From positions 1-31,938 of the forward strand of contig JBBRJC010000001.1 of the NCBI GenBank assembly GCA_038220135.1: a stretch of DNA of 31,938 nt. Direction: 5' to 3'. Origin of the DNA: Bryobacterales bacterium (GTDB lineage Bacteria; Acidobacteriota; Terriglobia; Bryobacterales; Bryobacteraceae). Below are positions 17,001-25,277 of the stretch, piece by piece. The position numbers were made by a program, and so were the translations under genes. The number at the start of each line of letters is the position of its first letter. Position 1 is the stretch's first letter. Under the pieces are notes generated by a model, which saw only the letters and a program-made list of their open reading frames with translations, had not been told where the DNA came from and searched no databases.

Positions 17001-17575
17001 TTGTTGCCGCCGCCGTCTGTTGAAAAGGAGGATGGGGCGGAATTGAATCCAGCTTTGCGCAAACGCAAGTTGGTCCCGTTCACGGTTCCAGGAGCAAGGT
17101 GAACCAAGTCCATCGCGTTACCGGCGAACTGAGGCAATTCCAGCACGCGGCGCTCATCGATAACCTGGCCAAGCGAGGCGTCAACAGTTGAAAGAAGTGG
17201 AGTGGTATCTTTTACTTCGATGGTTTCACTGGTGGCACCAACAGTCAGCTCAACGTTCACTTCAATGCTGTCCTGAATGCGGACTTGAACCCCAGGCCGG
17301 ACCCACTTTTTGAAACCCGACATCTCGCAGGTAATCGTATATTTACCGGCAAGAAGATAAGGAAGGACAAAATTTCCAGAGGTGTTGGTTCTGGCTGATG
17401 CTGATACGCCAGTATTATCGTTGAGGATTCGGATTTCAGCGTTGGCAATAACGGCACCGGTGCTATCGGATACACGACCTAAAACTGTGCCACGAGGATC
17501 CTGCGAAAATAGCGGAAAAGCGGCGAAAAGTAACGCCACGGCCACATGGCCTGGCGATCGACGGGAAAGTAACAT
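14096..17575 (-). CDS. TonB-dependent receptor with N-terminal carboxypeptidase-regulatory-like domain (Acidobacteria type), 1159 aa
   Basis: ATG 17575 with AGGAG upstream and a signal peptide. Motifs: 'GTVLGRVSDSTGAVI', plug 'NEFSIDG', 'AISEFKVQT', 'TKSGTN..HG', C-terminal 'FRAETFNALNHPN...PRSWQLSLKITW'. Confidence 0.93.
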   Translation of the reverse strand: MLLSRRSPGHVAVALLFAAFPLFSQDPRGTVLGRVSDSTGAVIANAEIRILNDNTGVSASARTNTSGNFVLPYLLAGKYTITCEMSGFKKWVRPGVQVRIQDSIEVNVELTVGATSETIEVKDTTPLLSTVDASLGQVIDERRVLELPQFAGNAMDLVHLAPGTVNGTNLRLRKAGFNSAPSSFSTDGGGNNQNEFSIDGVSNTFSDGTAPRVAFSPPQTAISEFKVQTAAFDASLGHTMGSTVNVSTKSGTNVLHGEVHEWFRHSALDAPTIFQNRSGQSISIYQDNRYGFSAGAPVFLPKLYNGKNRTFWFFAYEANKFGNPDSGGNATSTVPTAKMHNGDLSEFLGLGAGYQFYDPKSTTLTDGRYVRTPVPNNIIPASRLDQVGLNFINLYPLPNQAGTKDFRNNFYRSGKALEDYWVWLARFDHAFSDKHRVFFRLHRDYWQEDKNRDFNNDVRGVILNRNNKGIALDDVYVFSPSFLLNFRYGFTFQDFPERRASQGADLSKLGLSSTLLSQLPDKQRATLPNVAAGQFTPIAAWESQDGYTAATTNSFVGNFTKLKGNHTVRFGPEFRVYRESRNRYGAALSPQYSYSANFTKANDTAASPTAGGELAAMLFGIPAGSMSLVDSYVEQDKYWALYVHDDWKVSRKLTVNLGLRYEYETPITERFNRSAIHFAGTTANPLNTAAKAKYAANPIPELPAAQFQAFGGLTYAGVSPNGRNYWQPEKTNFQPRIGFAYQLRPETIIRGGFGIFTASIGVNYSNTNLTGYSQATPIQASLDNGITYIATNANPFPTGLIKPAGNTAGLLTNIGQGVTFFPDRRSHPYSQRWSLGLQQMFPLKFMVEVSYVGNRNTRLNINRELSYTPAQYLSTSPVRDQATIDFLGKTYPNPYSGLNPIFGTVISRASLLRNYSEFSSVQLVGDPAGYSWYHSLQSRIERRFANAWTVQASYTWAKAMEATEFLNSADSRPYESLAGLDRTHRLTGSGIWELPFGQKRKWGSQWHRAVDFVAGGWQVGGLYQHQSGAPLGFGNRIFNGDLKNIVQPKDKRNVDAWFTPAALAGFETNGVRQLASNLRQFSLRFSSVRGPNQDRWDFSLIKNFRITERVTTQFRAETFNALNHPNLYDPNTDPTSAAWGTITGQDTPRSWQLSLKITW

Positions 17576-17727
17576 CTCTATTAGACTCCTGCCACAGCTG
17601 CATGAAATGGGCAGCAAAGTGGGTGGTATAGCATCAGAATACGGTCTGCCAGAGCGTTCATACAAGTGAATTCGCTGAGAAATCGATGTGAAACATACTG
17701 TTCGGGTGGGATATACTCGCAAGTACG

Positions 17728-19032
17728 GTGGCAACGGGAACAAAATTCGGTCCGGAGCTTGTGCCTTCACAGGCAAATCACTCCATTGGGGAAGCTGATG
17801 AACGGCATGTGATTTTGCACAGAATTGCATCGAGTCCAGCTTTTCAGAAATCAAACCGGTTGCGCGACCTGCTCCTATATATAGGGGAACGCAGTTTGCG
17901 TGAACCGCACATGGCGATTCGGGAACAGGAAATTGGTGTTGAAGTCTTTGGCCGCCCGGTCGATTTCGACACCAGCCAGGATACCCTGGTTCGCGTGCAG
18001 GCTTCGCAGCTCCGCAAACGGCTGCAGCGTTACTTTGAAGAAAACATTGATGAAGCGGTAATTGTAGAAATCCCCAAAGGTGCCTACAGCCTGGTTTTCC
18101 GTCCCCGGGATTTGGAGATTCCCGAACCACCGGCGGTCGAGAAACAGGTTGCGGCACAAAAATTCTCGCGCCCGATGTTAGTGATCGGTGCGCTGATGGC
18201 CCTGCTATCGATTCTCTCAATTTCACTGGCGATTCAGAATCACGATTTGCGGCAGAAAGCTAACTTCGGGTTAGGCTACAAGCCAACTGTGGATAAGTTG
18301 TGGAAGCAGTTGTTTGGGAATAATCGGCATACTTACCTGGTTTTGGCGGACACGAACCTGCTGACATTTGAAGATACAATTCAGCACCAACTGTCGATTC
18401 CGGAATATCAGAACAAGAATTTCGAGCGGCTAGCCGAGCGCGTGGAAGATCCCAACATCCGACGCCTTCTGCTGGCTTATCTGAATAGGTCCGCCACAAC
18501 CATGGGTGATGCCAATATCGCCAAGAGAATGGGGCTGGTATTTGCAAGTAACCAGACCATTTTTGACGCGGTTCTGGCGCGCGATATGACGATTTCCCAG
18601 GTTGCGTCAGACAATACAATCCTCATCGGAAGCCGGCGGGCAAACCCCTGGGTGATGCTCTTCGAGGATAAGCTGAACTTCCAAACTGTTTTTACCGAGA
18701 GCCCCAGAGGTGTGGCGTTCATTAACACCGTGCCCAGCGCAGGAGAGTTGGCCAGGTACGCGGGCGATTGGAGCCGAAAAGGATACTGCCGCGTAGCGTT
18801 TCTGCAAAGCACGAAAGGTACAGGAAACGTGTTACTGATTTCTGGAACTGATGTGGCCTCCAGCGAAGCCGGCAGTGAATTTGTAACCAGCGAAGGGGCG
18901 ATCATGAAACTGCGAGATCAATTAGGAGTGGGTAGCTACGAAGCCCTCCCCCATTTCGAGGTCCTGCTGGAAACTCAGTTGGTGAACAACACGGTGTCTC
19001 AATATAAACTGGTTTCAGTGAGACGGAAATAA
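17728..19032 (+). CDS. Membrane-anchored transcription regulator-like protein (N-terminal winged-helix-like domain, single TM, periplasmic domain)
   Basis: 'SPAFQKSNRLRDLLLYI...EIGVEVFGR...DTLVRVQASQLRKRLQRYF...VEIPKGAY', then TM 'MLVIGALMALLSILSISLAI' and a ~265-aa C-terminal domain. GTG start. Confidence 0.7.
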   Translation: MATGTKFGPELVPSQANHSIGEADERHVILHRIASSPAFQKSNRLRDLLLYIGERSLREPHMAIREQEIGVEVFGRPVDFDTSQDTLVRVQASQLRKRLQRYFEENIDEAVIVEIPKGAYSLVFRPRDLEIPEPPAVEKQVAAQKFSRPMLVIGALMALLSILSISLAIQNHDLRQKANFGLGYKPTVDKLWKQLFGNNRHTYLVLADTNLLTFEDTIQHQLSIPEYQNKNFERLAERVEDPNIRRLLLAYLNRSATTMGDANIAKRMGLVFASNQTIFDAVLARDMTISQVASDNTILIGSRRANPWVMLFEDKLNFQTVFTESPRGVAFINTVPSAGELARYAGDWSRKGYCRVAFLQSTKGTGNVLLISGTDVASSEAGSEFVTSEGAIMKLRDQLGVGSYEALPHFEVLLETQLVNNTVSQYKLVSVRRK

Positions 19033-19218
19033 GGATTGGAAGGAGAAACGCGGTGGGAATCGAGATCCGCTGGCCGGCGCGAACAAAAGTCGCCACCTCC
19101 CCCGAGTTTAGCGCCCCCTGACCACACCAGCTCGCGGATATCTTTCTCTGTTGTATCAGTTGCAGGCGCGAACCGCTACTAAAAAAAGCACCTCTTGAGC
19201 AAGTTTTTATATACTATT

Positions 19219-19231
19219 AATCAACGACTTA
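19219..19231 (+). promoter_or_regulatory. IHF consensus site
   Basis: AATCAACGACTTA matches WATCAANNNNTTR exactly, with an upstream A/T tract (TTTTTATATACTATT). Confidence 0.45.
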
Positions 19232-19254
19232 GAAGGGTTGGCCTGTGCCAATCC

Positions 19255-19263
19255 TGTGGATAA
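19255..19263 (-). promoter_or_regulatory. Perfect DnaA box (TTATCCACA on minus strand)
   Basis: TGTGGATAA at 19255-19263, 6 nt before the nagA ATG. Function is not demonstrated. Confidence 0.35.
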
Positions 19264-19269
19264 ATCATA

Positions 19270-20424
19270 ATGGCTATTAAATGTGTTGGACGAAATGCTC
19301 TTTCCGGCGAAGCAATCGTGCTCGAAGCCGAGGCGGCGATCACGCACTGTGAACCGGTTTTAGGGAAAATCGAAGAGGATCTGCCCTACCTCGCACCCGG
19401 ATTCATTGATATTCAGGTTAACGGGTTTGCCGGAGTTGACTATAATTCCGCTCAAACGAGCATGGAGGAGATTGCCCGTTCGATTCATGTGATCTACTCA
19501 ACCGGCGTATCCCGGTTTTTCCCAACCGTTATCACTGGTGCGGCTGACGATATGCTGGGTGCCCTGCGCAATTTGGAAAAGGCCCGCGAAACACTACCTG
19601 AAGGCATCGCCATCGAAGGTTTCCACGTGGAAGGGCCACACATTTGCGCCGATGACGGCCCCCGTGGAGCTCACCCCAAGCATTGTGTGCGCAAGCCAGA
19701 CGTCTCAGAATATCAACGATGGCAAGAGGTTACACATGGAAATATAAAGTTAATCACGATAGCCCCGGAGTGGCCTGAAGCACCACATTACATTGAAGCG
19801 CTGGTGAACGACGGCGTTGTAGTATCAATCGGACATACAGGCGCAAATCGGGAACAAATTCAGGCGGCGGTATCGGCCGGAGCCACTTTGTCAACGCACT
19901 TGGGCAACGGGGCGCACGGGGTAATGGCACGTCATCCGAATTACATTTGGGAGCAGATGGCTGAGGACCGGCTAGCCGCCGATTTCATTGTGGACGGCAT
20001 ACACATCGGCGAGAGTTTTCTCAAGGTTGCTTTAAGAGCGAAAGGGCTGGAGCGATCTATTCTGGTAACCGATGCCAGCTCACCAGCAGGTGCCGCGCCA
20101 GGCCGCTACAAATTGGGCGAACAGGAAGTGGATCTGACGGAAGACAATCGAGTTGTGCTTGCTGGGCAGACACGCCTGGCGGGTTCGGCGTTACGCATGG
20201 ATCGGGGTGTGGAAAACCTGATGAAGATAGCGGGGCTTTCACTTGCGGATGCGATCACGATGGCGACGCGAAATCCGGCCAGGATCGGTCGTGTGGGTGG
20301 ACGAATTCGTGGGCTGGTGCCCGGTGACCGCGCGGATGTGGTTATGTTTACATTAGATTCCAAGGAAAAACGAATCAAAGTGTTGAAGAATTGGGTGTCT
20401 GGAAAGCTGGTTTACGAGGCGTAA
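19270..20424 (+). CDS. nagA: N-acetylglucosamine-6-phosphate deacetylase
   Basis: Motifs: 'PGFIDIQVNG', 'FHVEGP', 'GAH', 'SIGHT', 'THLGN', 'DGIH', 'VTDA', 'LAGSAL', 'NPAR'. Confidence 0.9.
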   Translation: MAIKCVGRNALSGEAIVLEAEAAITHCEPVLGKIEEDLPYLAPGFIDIQVNGFAGVDYNSAQTSMEEIARSIHVIYSTGVSRFFPTVITGAADDMLGALRNLEKARETLPEGIAIEGFHVEGPHICADDGPRGAHPKHCVRKPDVSEYQRWQEVTHGNIKLITIAPEWPEAPHYIEALVNDGVVVSIGHTGANREQIQAAVSAGATLSTHLGNGAHGVMARHPNYIWEQMAEDRLAADFIVDGIHIGESFLKVALRAKGLERSILVTDASSPAGAAPGRYKLGEQEVDLTEDNRVVLAGQTRLAGSALRMDRGVENLMKIAGLSLADAITMATRNPARIGRVGGRIRGLVPGDRADVVMFTLDSKEKRIKVLKNWVSGKLVYEA

Positions 20425-20527
20425 ACAATGTTCGGCTATGCGGAAAAAACGTTAACAAGTAGCATGGAGTGCTTCCGATGGCCAAGGGGCTCAATGCGGT
20501 TGCCTTGATTCAAGTCAAACGGTCTGT

Positions 20528-20932
20528 ATGAAAGGGAGATCTCATTTGAAACTCGCATTCTTAATGTTTTGTGCCATTGGTTGCACACAAATTGTTTGGG
20601 CTCAACCTGAAAGCACCGTTGTCCGGACTCTTGAAGGTGTGGCGAACCTCACAATTCAAAGATATGAGCCGCTAGCGAGGCAAGCCAGGTTGTCTGGAAA
20701 TTTTGCTGCCCGAGTTTTGATAGCAGCGAATGGCAGTGCTCAAGGATTGTTACTTGACATCGTTCGTCGGAGCATTGGCGAATCGTCATATCACCCTAAT
20801 TGCCGGAACACCACTATGGAAATTCTGTTTGACTTCAAGATCATTGGTGAGCCAACCAATGCAAGCCTTTCGTTCTCTTGCCCGAATCGCTTCACCTTTA
20901 CCGCGCAGCCGGATCTGCCCATTGCAGATTGA
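20528..20932 (+). CDS. Exported protein with a TonB C-terminal-like domain
   Basis: Signal peptide followed by 'YEPLARQARLSG...VLIAANG' and 'ILFDFKI'. The central segment looks shorter than in typical TonB_C domains. Confidence 0.45.
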   Translation: MKGRSHLKLAFLMFCAIGCTQIVWAQPESTVVRTLEGVANLTIQRYEPLARQARLSGNFAARVLIAANGSAQGLLLDIVRRSIGESSYHPNCRNTTMEILFDFKIIGEPTNASLSFSCPNRFTFTAQPDLPIAD

Positions 20933-21174
20933 AATTCACTATTCAGATTCCTTTATGATACCAAGGCGATGCTGGCGGGAAGAAGCTGGGAAGGGGTGTC
21001 ATCTCCGCAATTAACACCTGTAACGTTATCTCCTTCCGCCTCCTCTAGTACTTCCAGCCAGCCAGTACCAGCCAGAGCGATCACGCCCCAGTGCCTGATA
21101 TTTCTCGTTTCCTTCCCATAGCTTACAAACCCAGCCCCGCAGCACCCTCGAGCCCCCTGCTACTCTCGAAACCA

Positions 21175-21204
21175 GAAAAGGCAACCCATCATGGTTGTCT
21201 TTTC
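21175..21204 (+). other. 12-bp stem-loop upstream of the SEC-C gene
   Basis: GAAAAGGCAACC-CATCAT-GGTTGTCTTTTC, with one G-T pair. Confidence 0.55.
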
Positions 21205-21230
21205 CCATTTTCGAACCCAAGGAGCCCGCC

Positions 21231-21809
21231 ATGTCCACCGCCGCACAAATCACCGCCAACCAGCTCAACGCCCAATCCTCCACCGGCCCACGCACCGCTG
21301 AAGGCAAATCCGTCGTCTCCCAAAACGCCACAAAGCACGGCCTAACCGCCACCTACCCCGTCATCCGCACCCCGGAAGAACAAACCCAATTCGACGAAAT
21401 GTCTGTTGCTTTCCTAGAAGAACTCCGCCCCTACACTCCGTCAGAACAAACCCAATTCAAACAGCTAATCCTGGCCGCCTGGAATATCGACCGCTGTCAT
21501 CGCCTCGAAGCCGAACTAGCCGATGCAACCGGAACCGACCCACTTCTCGACGAAACCGCCTATAAAACCCTAGCCCGCATCGAAGCCTACCGCCTCCGAG
21601 CCGAACGCCTCTTCCACCGCAACCTCAAGGAATTAAAGACCATAGATAAGAATCGCTACATCCCGCAAATCAAACCCAATTTCCCAGCGCCCATCTACTC
21701 CGACGGCCCCCGCACCACTCCAAAAGTAGGCCGCAACGAGCCTTGCCCCTGCAAGTCCGGCAGAAAATTCAAATTCTGCTGCATCAACAGCCGCACCGGC
21801 AAAATGTGA
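21231..21809 (+). CDS. Hypothetical protein of the 'ANQLNAQSSTGPRT.EGK..SQNA.KHGL' type with C-terminal SEC-C zinc motif
   Basis: AAGGAG RBS at 21219-24 and ATG 21231. The C-terminus 'KVGRNEPCPCKSGRKFKFCC' is a SEC-C motif. Confidence 0.8.
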   Translation: MSTAAQITANQLNAQSSTGPRTAEGKSVVSQNATKHGLTATYPVIRTPEEQTQFDEMSVAFLEELRPYTPSEQTQFKQLILAAWNIDRCHRLEAELADATGTDPLLDETAYKTLARIEAYRLRAERLFHRNLKELKTIDKNRYIPQIKPNFPAPIYSDGPRTTPKVGRNEPCPCKSGRKFKFCCINSRTGKM

Positions 21810-22051
21810 AAAGGAGGATTTCGTATTCCTCGGCGGCCATCAAATGCATATTTCGAACTCATTAATTTCTTTCGCGGACGGTGGCTTTGAATCCGAGATG
21901 CGCAACGGACTTTGCGGCCATCATCGCCTCAAGACGAAGACGTTGAGACAATCTACTTGGGTCACAATTGGGCAGGATGTAACCACGAATCGCACGCTCA
22001 TCAGGCATATTTATTGACATCACAATGATGCACTTAACTTCCCAACCTAGA

Positions 22052-22066
22052 GGTACTATCAGTACC
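22052..22066. promoter_or_regulatory. Perfect palindrome GGTACT-ATC-AGTACC upstream of the adhesin-like gene
   Basis: Seen directly. Its reverse complement shares 10 nt (GGTACTGATA) with 25335-25344. Operator role is inferred. Confidence 0.4.
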
Positions 22067-22181
22067 CTTGTCTACAATTGGCCCTAGCATAGTACTAAAA
22101 GTTGATGTAAACTGTTAAGTATGCTGCGTCTTCGAAGCAGCTAGAGAAACTATATTCATGCTCAACGGAGGCAAACCGCTT

Positions 22182-25100
22182 ATGTCAAGGCCAACTCTCC
22201 CCCTGGTCCTTATGGCTGCCCTCACAGGTTACACTGTATTCGGTCAGGGTTTAACAACAACTGCAACTAAAGATGACTGGGAAGAAATCAACTTCGCATT
22301 CGATTCAGCTACGCTGGTCGACGGCTATCCCAGCCTACTTCGTTTGTCCGAACTTTTAGGTAAAAATCCTACCTACAAGGTTCGTTTGTCAGGTCACACA
22401 GACTGGCACGGTTCTAAGAAGTATAACCAAAAGCTGGGCGACGCCCGCGCTAAAATGGTGAAATCGTTCCTGGAAAAGTATGGCGCCCGGCCATCCCAAA
22501 TCGAACTCACATCAGTCGCTGACGAAAAGCCGAAATCTGCGGCCAAGAACGTCGACGCTGATTTTATGAACCGTCGTGTTGAAGTGACTGTGCTTGACGG
22601 AAACGGCAAGCCGGTTTCAGCCGGTGGCGTTGGCAGCGCGATCCAAAGTCTTGAGAACACCAAGACTATGGGTGAACAGTGCTGTAGCGAAGTGCTTAAG
22701 CGCCTGGACAAGCTTGACGATATTCTGGCTGCCCTAAGAGCATTGAAAACTGAAAACGAATCAATCAAACAACAGCTCGCCGCAATGGGCGATGGCATGA
22801 AGAAAGTGAATGGAGACGTTGCAAACATGAAGGATAAGATGGCAGCTCCATCAGCCCCTCCTGTCGCCCCCATGCCTCCTATGCCACCAGTTGATTCCAG
22901 CAAGAGCTCAAACTATTCCGCCAGCAATGGGTTTGGCAAGAAGTTTAGCTTGCTTGGCTTGAATGCTGGTCCAACCGCTGACGGCAAACTTACCTTTACT
23001 GGTAAGGGACGCTTCTTCAACCCGTTCAACGAAAACCTGGCCCTGCAGTCCGAAGCTGAGTACATGTACTTCCGCGACCGCAAAGAAGGCCAGTTCGACA
23101 TCGGTTTGGTTGACCGCTACAAAAACTTCCAGTTGGGACTTTTCTCCAGCTTCAAGCACGTCACCTTCAACCAGTTCCAAAGTGGTGGCACGATGGGTCA
23201 GGCAGCTTTCACGGCTGACTACATCTTTAAGCGCGGCAAACTTGGTCTGTTTGGTACCAAAGCATTTATGGATAACGCCATCGTGAATCATGCCGTAATC
23301 TCGCGCAATATCTTTGAGGACACATACCTCAAGGTTGTTGATCAGATCGGCGCACAAACCACGGTTGCACTCTATAAAGATTTCTATGCTGAAGCGAATC
23401 TTGCTTATCTCAAGAGCCGCTCTGGCAACGACAAACCGGGCGGCACGATTCGCCTTGTTAAGCCGATTAACCAACATGTGGCCGTGAGCGTGGAAGGTGG
23501 TTTCAACGAAACCCAACTAACCAAGAACGCGAACGGACGCGTGGCTTTCGGCGTCCTGTTTGGAAACTTCATCCGCCCCAGCGAATACGGCGACATGAAG
23601 GGACCAATCCCGGTTGACATTCCGCGCGTCCGCTACGAACTGCTGACCCGCCGCACACGCACTGGCAATGATCCGCCGGTGGCTGATGCTGGTCCCGATC
23701 AGATTGGTAACGACGCAGGCGCAGTCAGCCTTGATGGCTCCGGCTCCTACGATCCCGAAGGCGACCCAATCACTTACCAGTGGTTGCAAATTGCTGGTCC
23801 TGCAGTCACCCTCACCGGCGCCACTTCAGTGAAAGCCGGATTCACCTCCGCTGAATCACAGACCTACGGTTTCCGCCTGACGGTTAAAGACAGCTATGGT
23901 TCCATCGGCACCGCTCGTGTAAACATCACGACAAAGGCACCGCAGGCTGTTCGCATTCTGCGCTTTGCCGCAACCCCGGCAACGATCCGCTCAGGCGCAA
24001 CTTCAGTGATCAACTGGCAAGTCGAAAATGCCGACACGGTGGAAATCACCAACCTCGGTCGCGTCGATGCCCGCCAGGGATCTTCGCAGGTTTCACCTCC
24101 GGAAACCACAACCTATAAGTTGACAGCTAAGAACAAGTCGAGCGAAGCCAACGAAACGATCACCGTTACAGTGGAAAAGCCGGCAGTCCGGATTCTCAGC
24201 TTCTCGGCATCCCCGACCAACATCAACGCAGGCGATCGCTCCACACTTTCCTGGACCACGGAAAACGCCGATACCGTTGAATTACAGACGGTAGGAAACG
24301 TGAACCCGAACGGTTCGGCACAGGTTTCGCCAGTTGAGACCACAACCTATCGTTTGACCGCCCGTAACAAGTTTGGTGAAGTGTCATCCAGCACAACCAT
24401 AACTTTGAACAAGCCCGTTGTTGTTCCTCCCGGTGGCGATAAGCCACTGCCGCGGATCATCCGCTTCGATGCACTGCCACAGGAAATCACTCTTGGTCAG
24501 GCGTCGGGCTTGAACTGGGTAGTGGAAAACGCCGATACGGTAGTGATCAGCTCGCTTGGTACGGTCCCGCTAACCGGTACACGCCAAGTGGGTCCACAAA
24601 TCAACACAATCTACACGATCACGGCAACCAATGTTAACGGTCAGGTTTCTTCAACTGTTGGGATCAATGTTCTTCAGGTCCCAGTAGCACCGAAGCCTGT
24701 GCAGCTAACTTCTTGCTCAATCTCTCCTTCCCTCGTTGCAAAACCAGGTGATTCGGCCCAAATTAGCTTTACGGCGCTGAATGCTACAGCGGTGACGCTG
24801 AACGGGCTTGGAGTAACTAGCCCGGTAACAGTTAATCCGTCAGTGGATACCACCTACGTGCTGACAGCTTATGGTGACAAGCAATTGACCACCGCAAACT
24901 GCTCGGTATCTGTGAAAATTGCTTCGCTGCAACCGCAGCCAGTGCCAATCGCAAATGCTGGACCGGATGTTGAGACCATTTATCGCGAGCTCATTATCGA
25001 TGGTGGCCAGTCTTCGGATCCTAACGGATTGCCGCTGACCTACAGTTGGAAAGTTATCAACAAGTCAGCAGCTATTCTGGAACCAAATGCTGCCCGCACT

Positions 25101-25220
25101 CGGGTTCAACTGGGTTCAGATTTTGGGACCTATATTTTTGAGTTGACCGTAACTAATTCCAAGGGCCTTTCCTCGGCTACAACAGTTCGCGTCAATTTCG
25201 TATCAACCCGTCAATTGTAA
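22182..25220 (+). CDS. Large surface protein: OmpA-like peptidoglycan-binding domain, coiled coil, Pro linker, predicted beta-barrel, PKD-like domain, four Ig-like repeats, PKD-like domain
   Basis: GGAGG RBS before ATG 22182. OmpA motifs 'EINFAFDS', 'LSGHTD', 'NQKLGDARA..VK', 'NRRVEV'. PKD-like 'PPVADAGPDQ...LDGSGSYDPEG' and 'PIANAGPD'. Repeats of 'W..ENADTV...VSP.ETTTY.LTA.N'. Confidence 0.85.
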   Translation: MSRPTLPLVLMAALTGYTVFGQGLTTTATKDDWEEINFAFDSATLVDGYPSLLRLSELLGKNPTYKVRLSGHTDWHGSKKYNQKLGDARAKMVKSFLEKYGARPSQIELTSVADEKPKSAAKNVDADFMNRRVEVTVLDGNGKPVSAGGVGSAIQSLENTKTMGEQCCSEVLKRLDKLDDILAALRALKTENESIKQQLAAMGDGMKKVNGDVANMKDKMAAPSAPPVAPMPPMPPVDSSKSSNYSASNGFGKKFSLLGLNAGPTADGKLTFTGKGRFFNPFNENLALQSEAEYMYFRDRKEGQFDIGLVDRYKNFQLGLFSSFKHVTFNQFQSGGTMGQAAFTADYIFKRGKLGLFGTKAFMDNAIVNHAVISRNIFEDTYLKVVDQIGAQTTVALYKDFYAEANLAYLKSRSGNDKPGGTIRLVKPINQHVAVSVEGGFNETQLTKNANGRVAFGVLFGNFIRPSEYGDMKGPIPVDIPRVRYELLTRRTRTGNDPPVADAGPDQIGNDAGAVSLDGSGSYDPEGDPITYQWLQIAGPAVTLTGATSVKAGFTSAESQTYGFRLTVKDSYGSIGTARVNITTKAPQAVRILRFAATPATIRSGATSVINWQVENADTVEITNLGRVDARQGSSQVSPPETTTYKLTAKNKSSEANETITVTVEKPAVRILSFSASPTNINAGDRSTLSWTTENADTVELQTVGNVNPNGSAQVSPVETTTYRLTARNKFGEVSSSTTITLNKPVVVPPGGDKPLPRIIRFDALPQEITLGQASGLNWVVENADTVVISSLGTVPLTGTRQVGPQINTIYTITATNVNGQVSSTVGINVLQVPVAPKPVQLTSCSISPSLVAKPGDSAQISFTALNATAVTLNGLGVTSPVTVNPSVDTTYVLTAYGDKQLTTANCSVSVKIASLQPQPVPIANAGPDVETIYRELIIDGGQSSDPNGLPLTYSWKVINKSAAILEPNAARTRVQLGSDFGTYIFELTVTNSKGLSSATTVRVNFVSTRQL

Positions 25221-25239
25221 TCGAGAAAGCAGTCTAATT

Positions 25240-25277
25240 AAAAACAGGGAAAACTTTCGAGTCTTCCCTGTTTTTTT
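25240..25277 (+). terminator. Intrinsic terminator of the surface-protein gene
   Basis: AAAAACAGGGAAAACT-TTCG-AGTCTTCCCTGTTTTTTT. Confidence 0.85.

Noticed and set aside
17576-18226. 217-codon N-terminal extension of the TonB-dependent receptor ORF
   Set aside because: It is antisense to the regulator gene. The real signal peptide and RBS are at ATG 17575.
19033-19269. Replication origin
   Set aside because: Only one DnaA box in the gap, no DUE-like repeats, and no dnaA/dnaN or gidA nearby.
22014-22040. TTGACA...TAACTT as the promoter of the adhesin gene
   Set aside because: The 15-nt spacer and weak -10 make the call unreliable.
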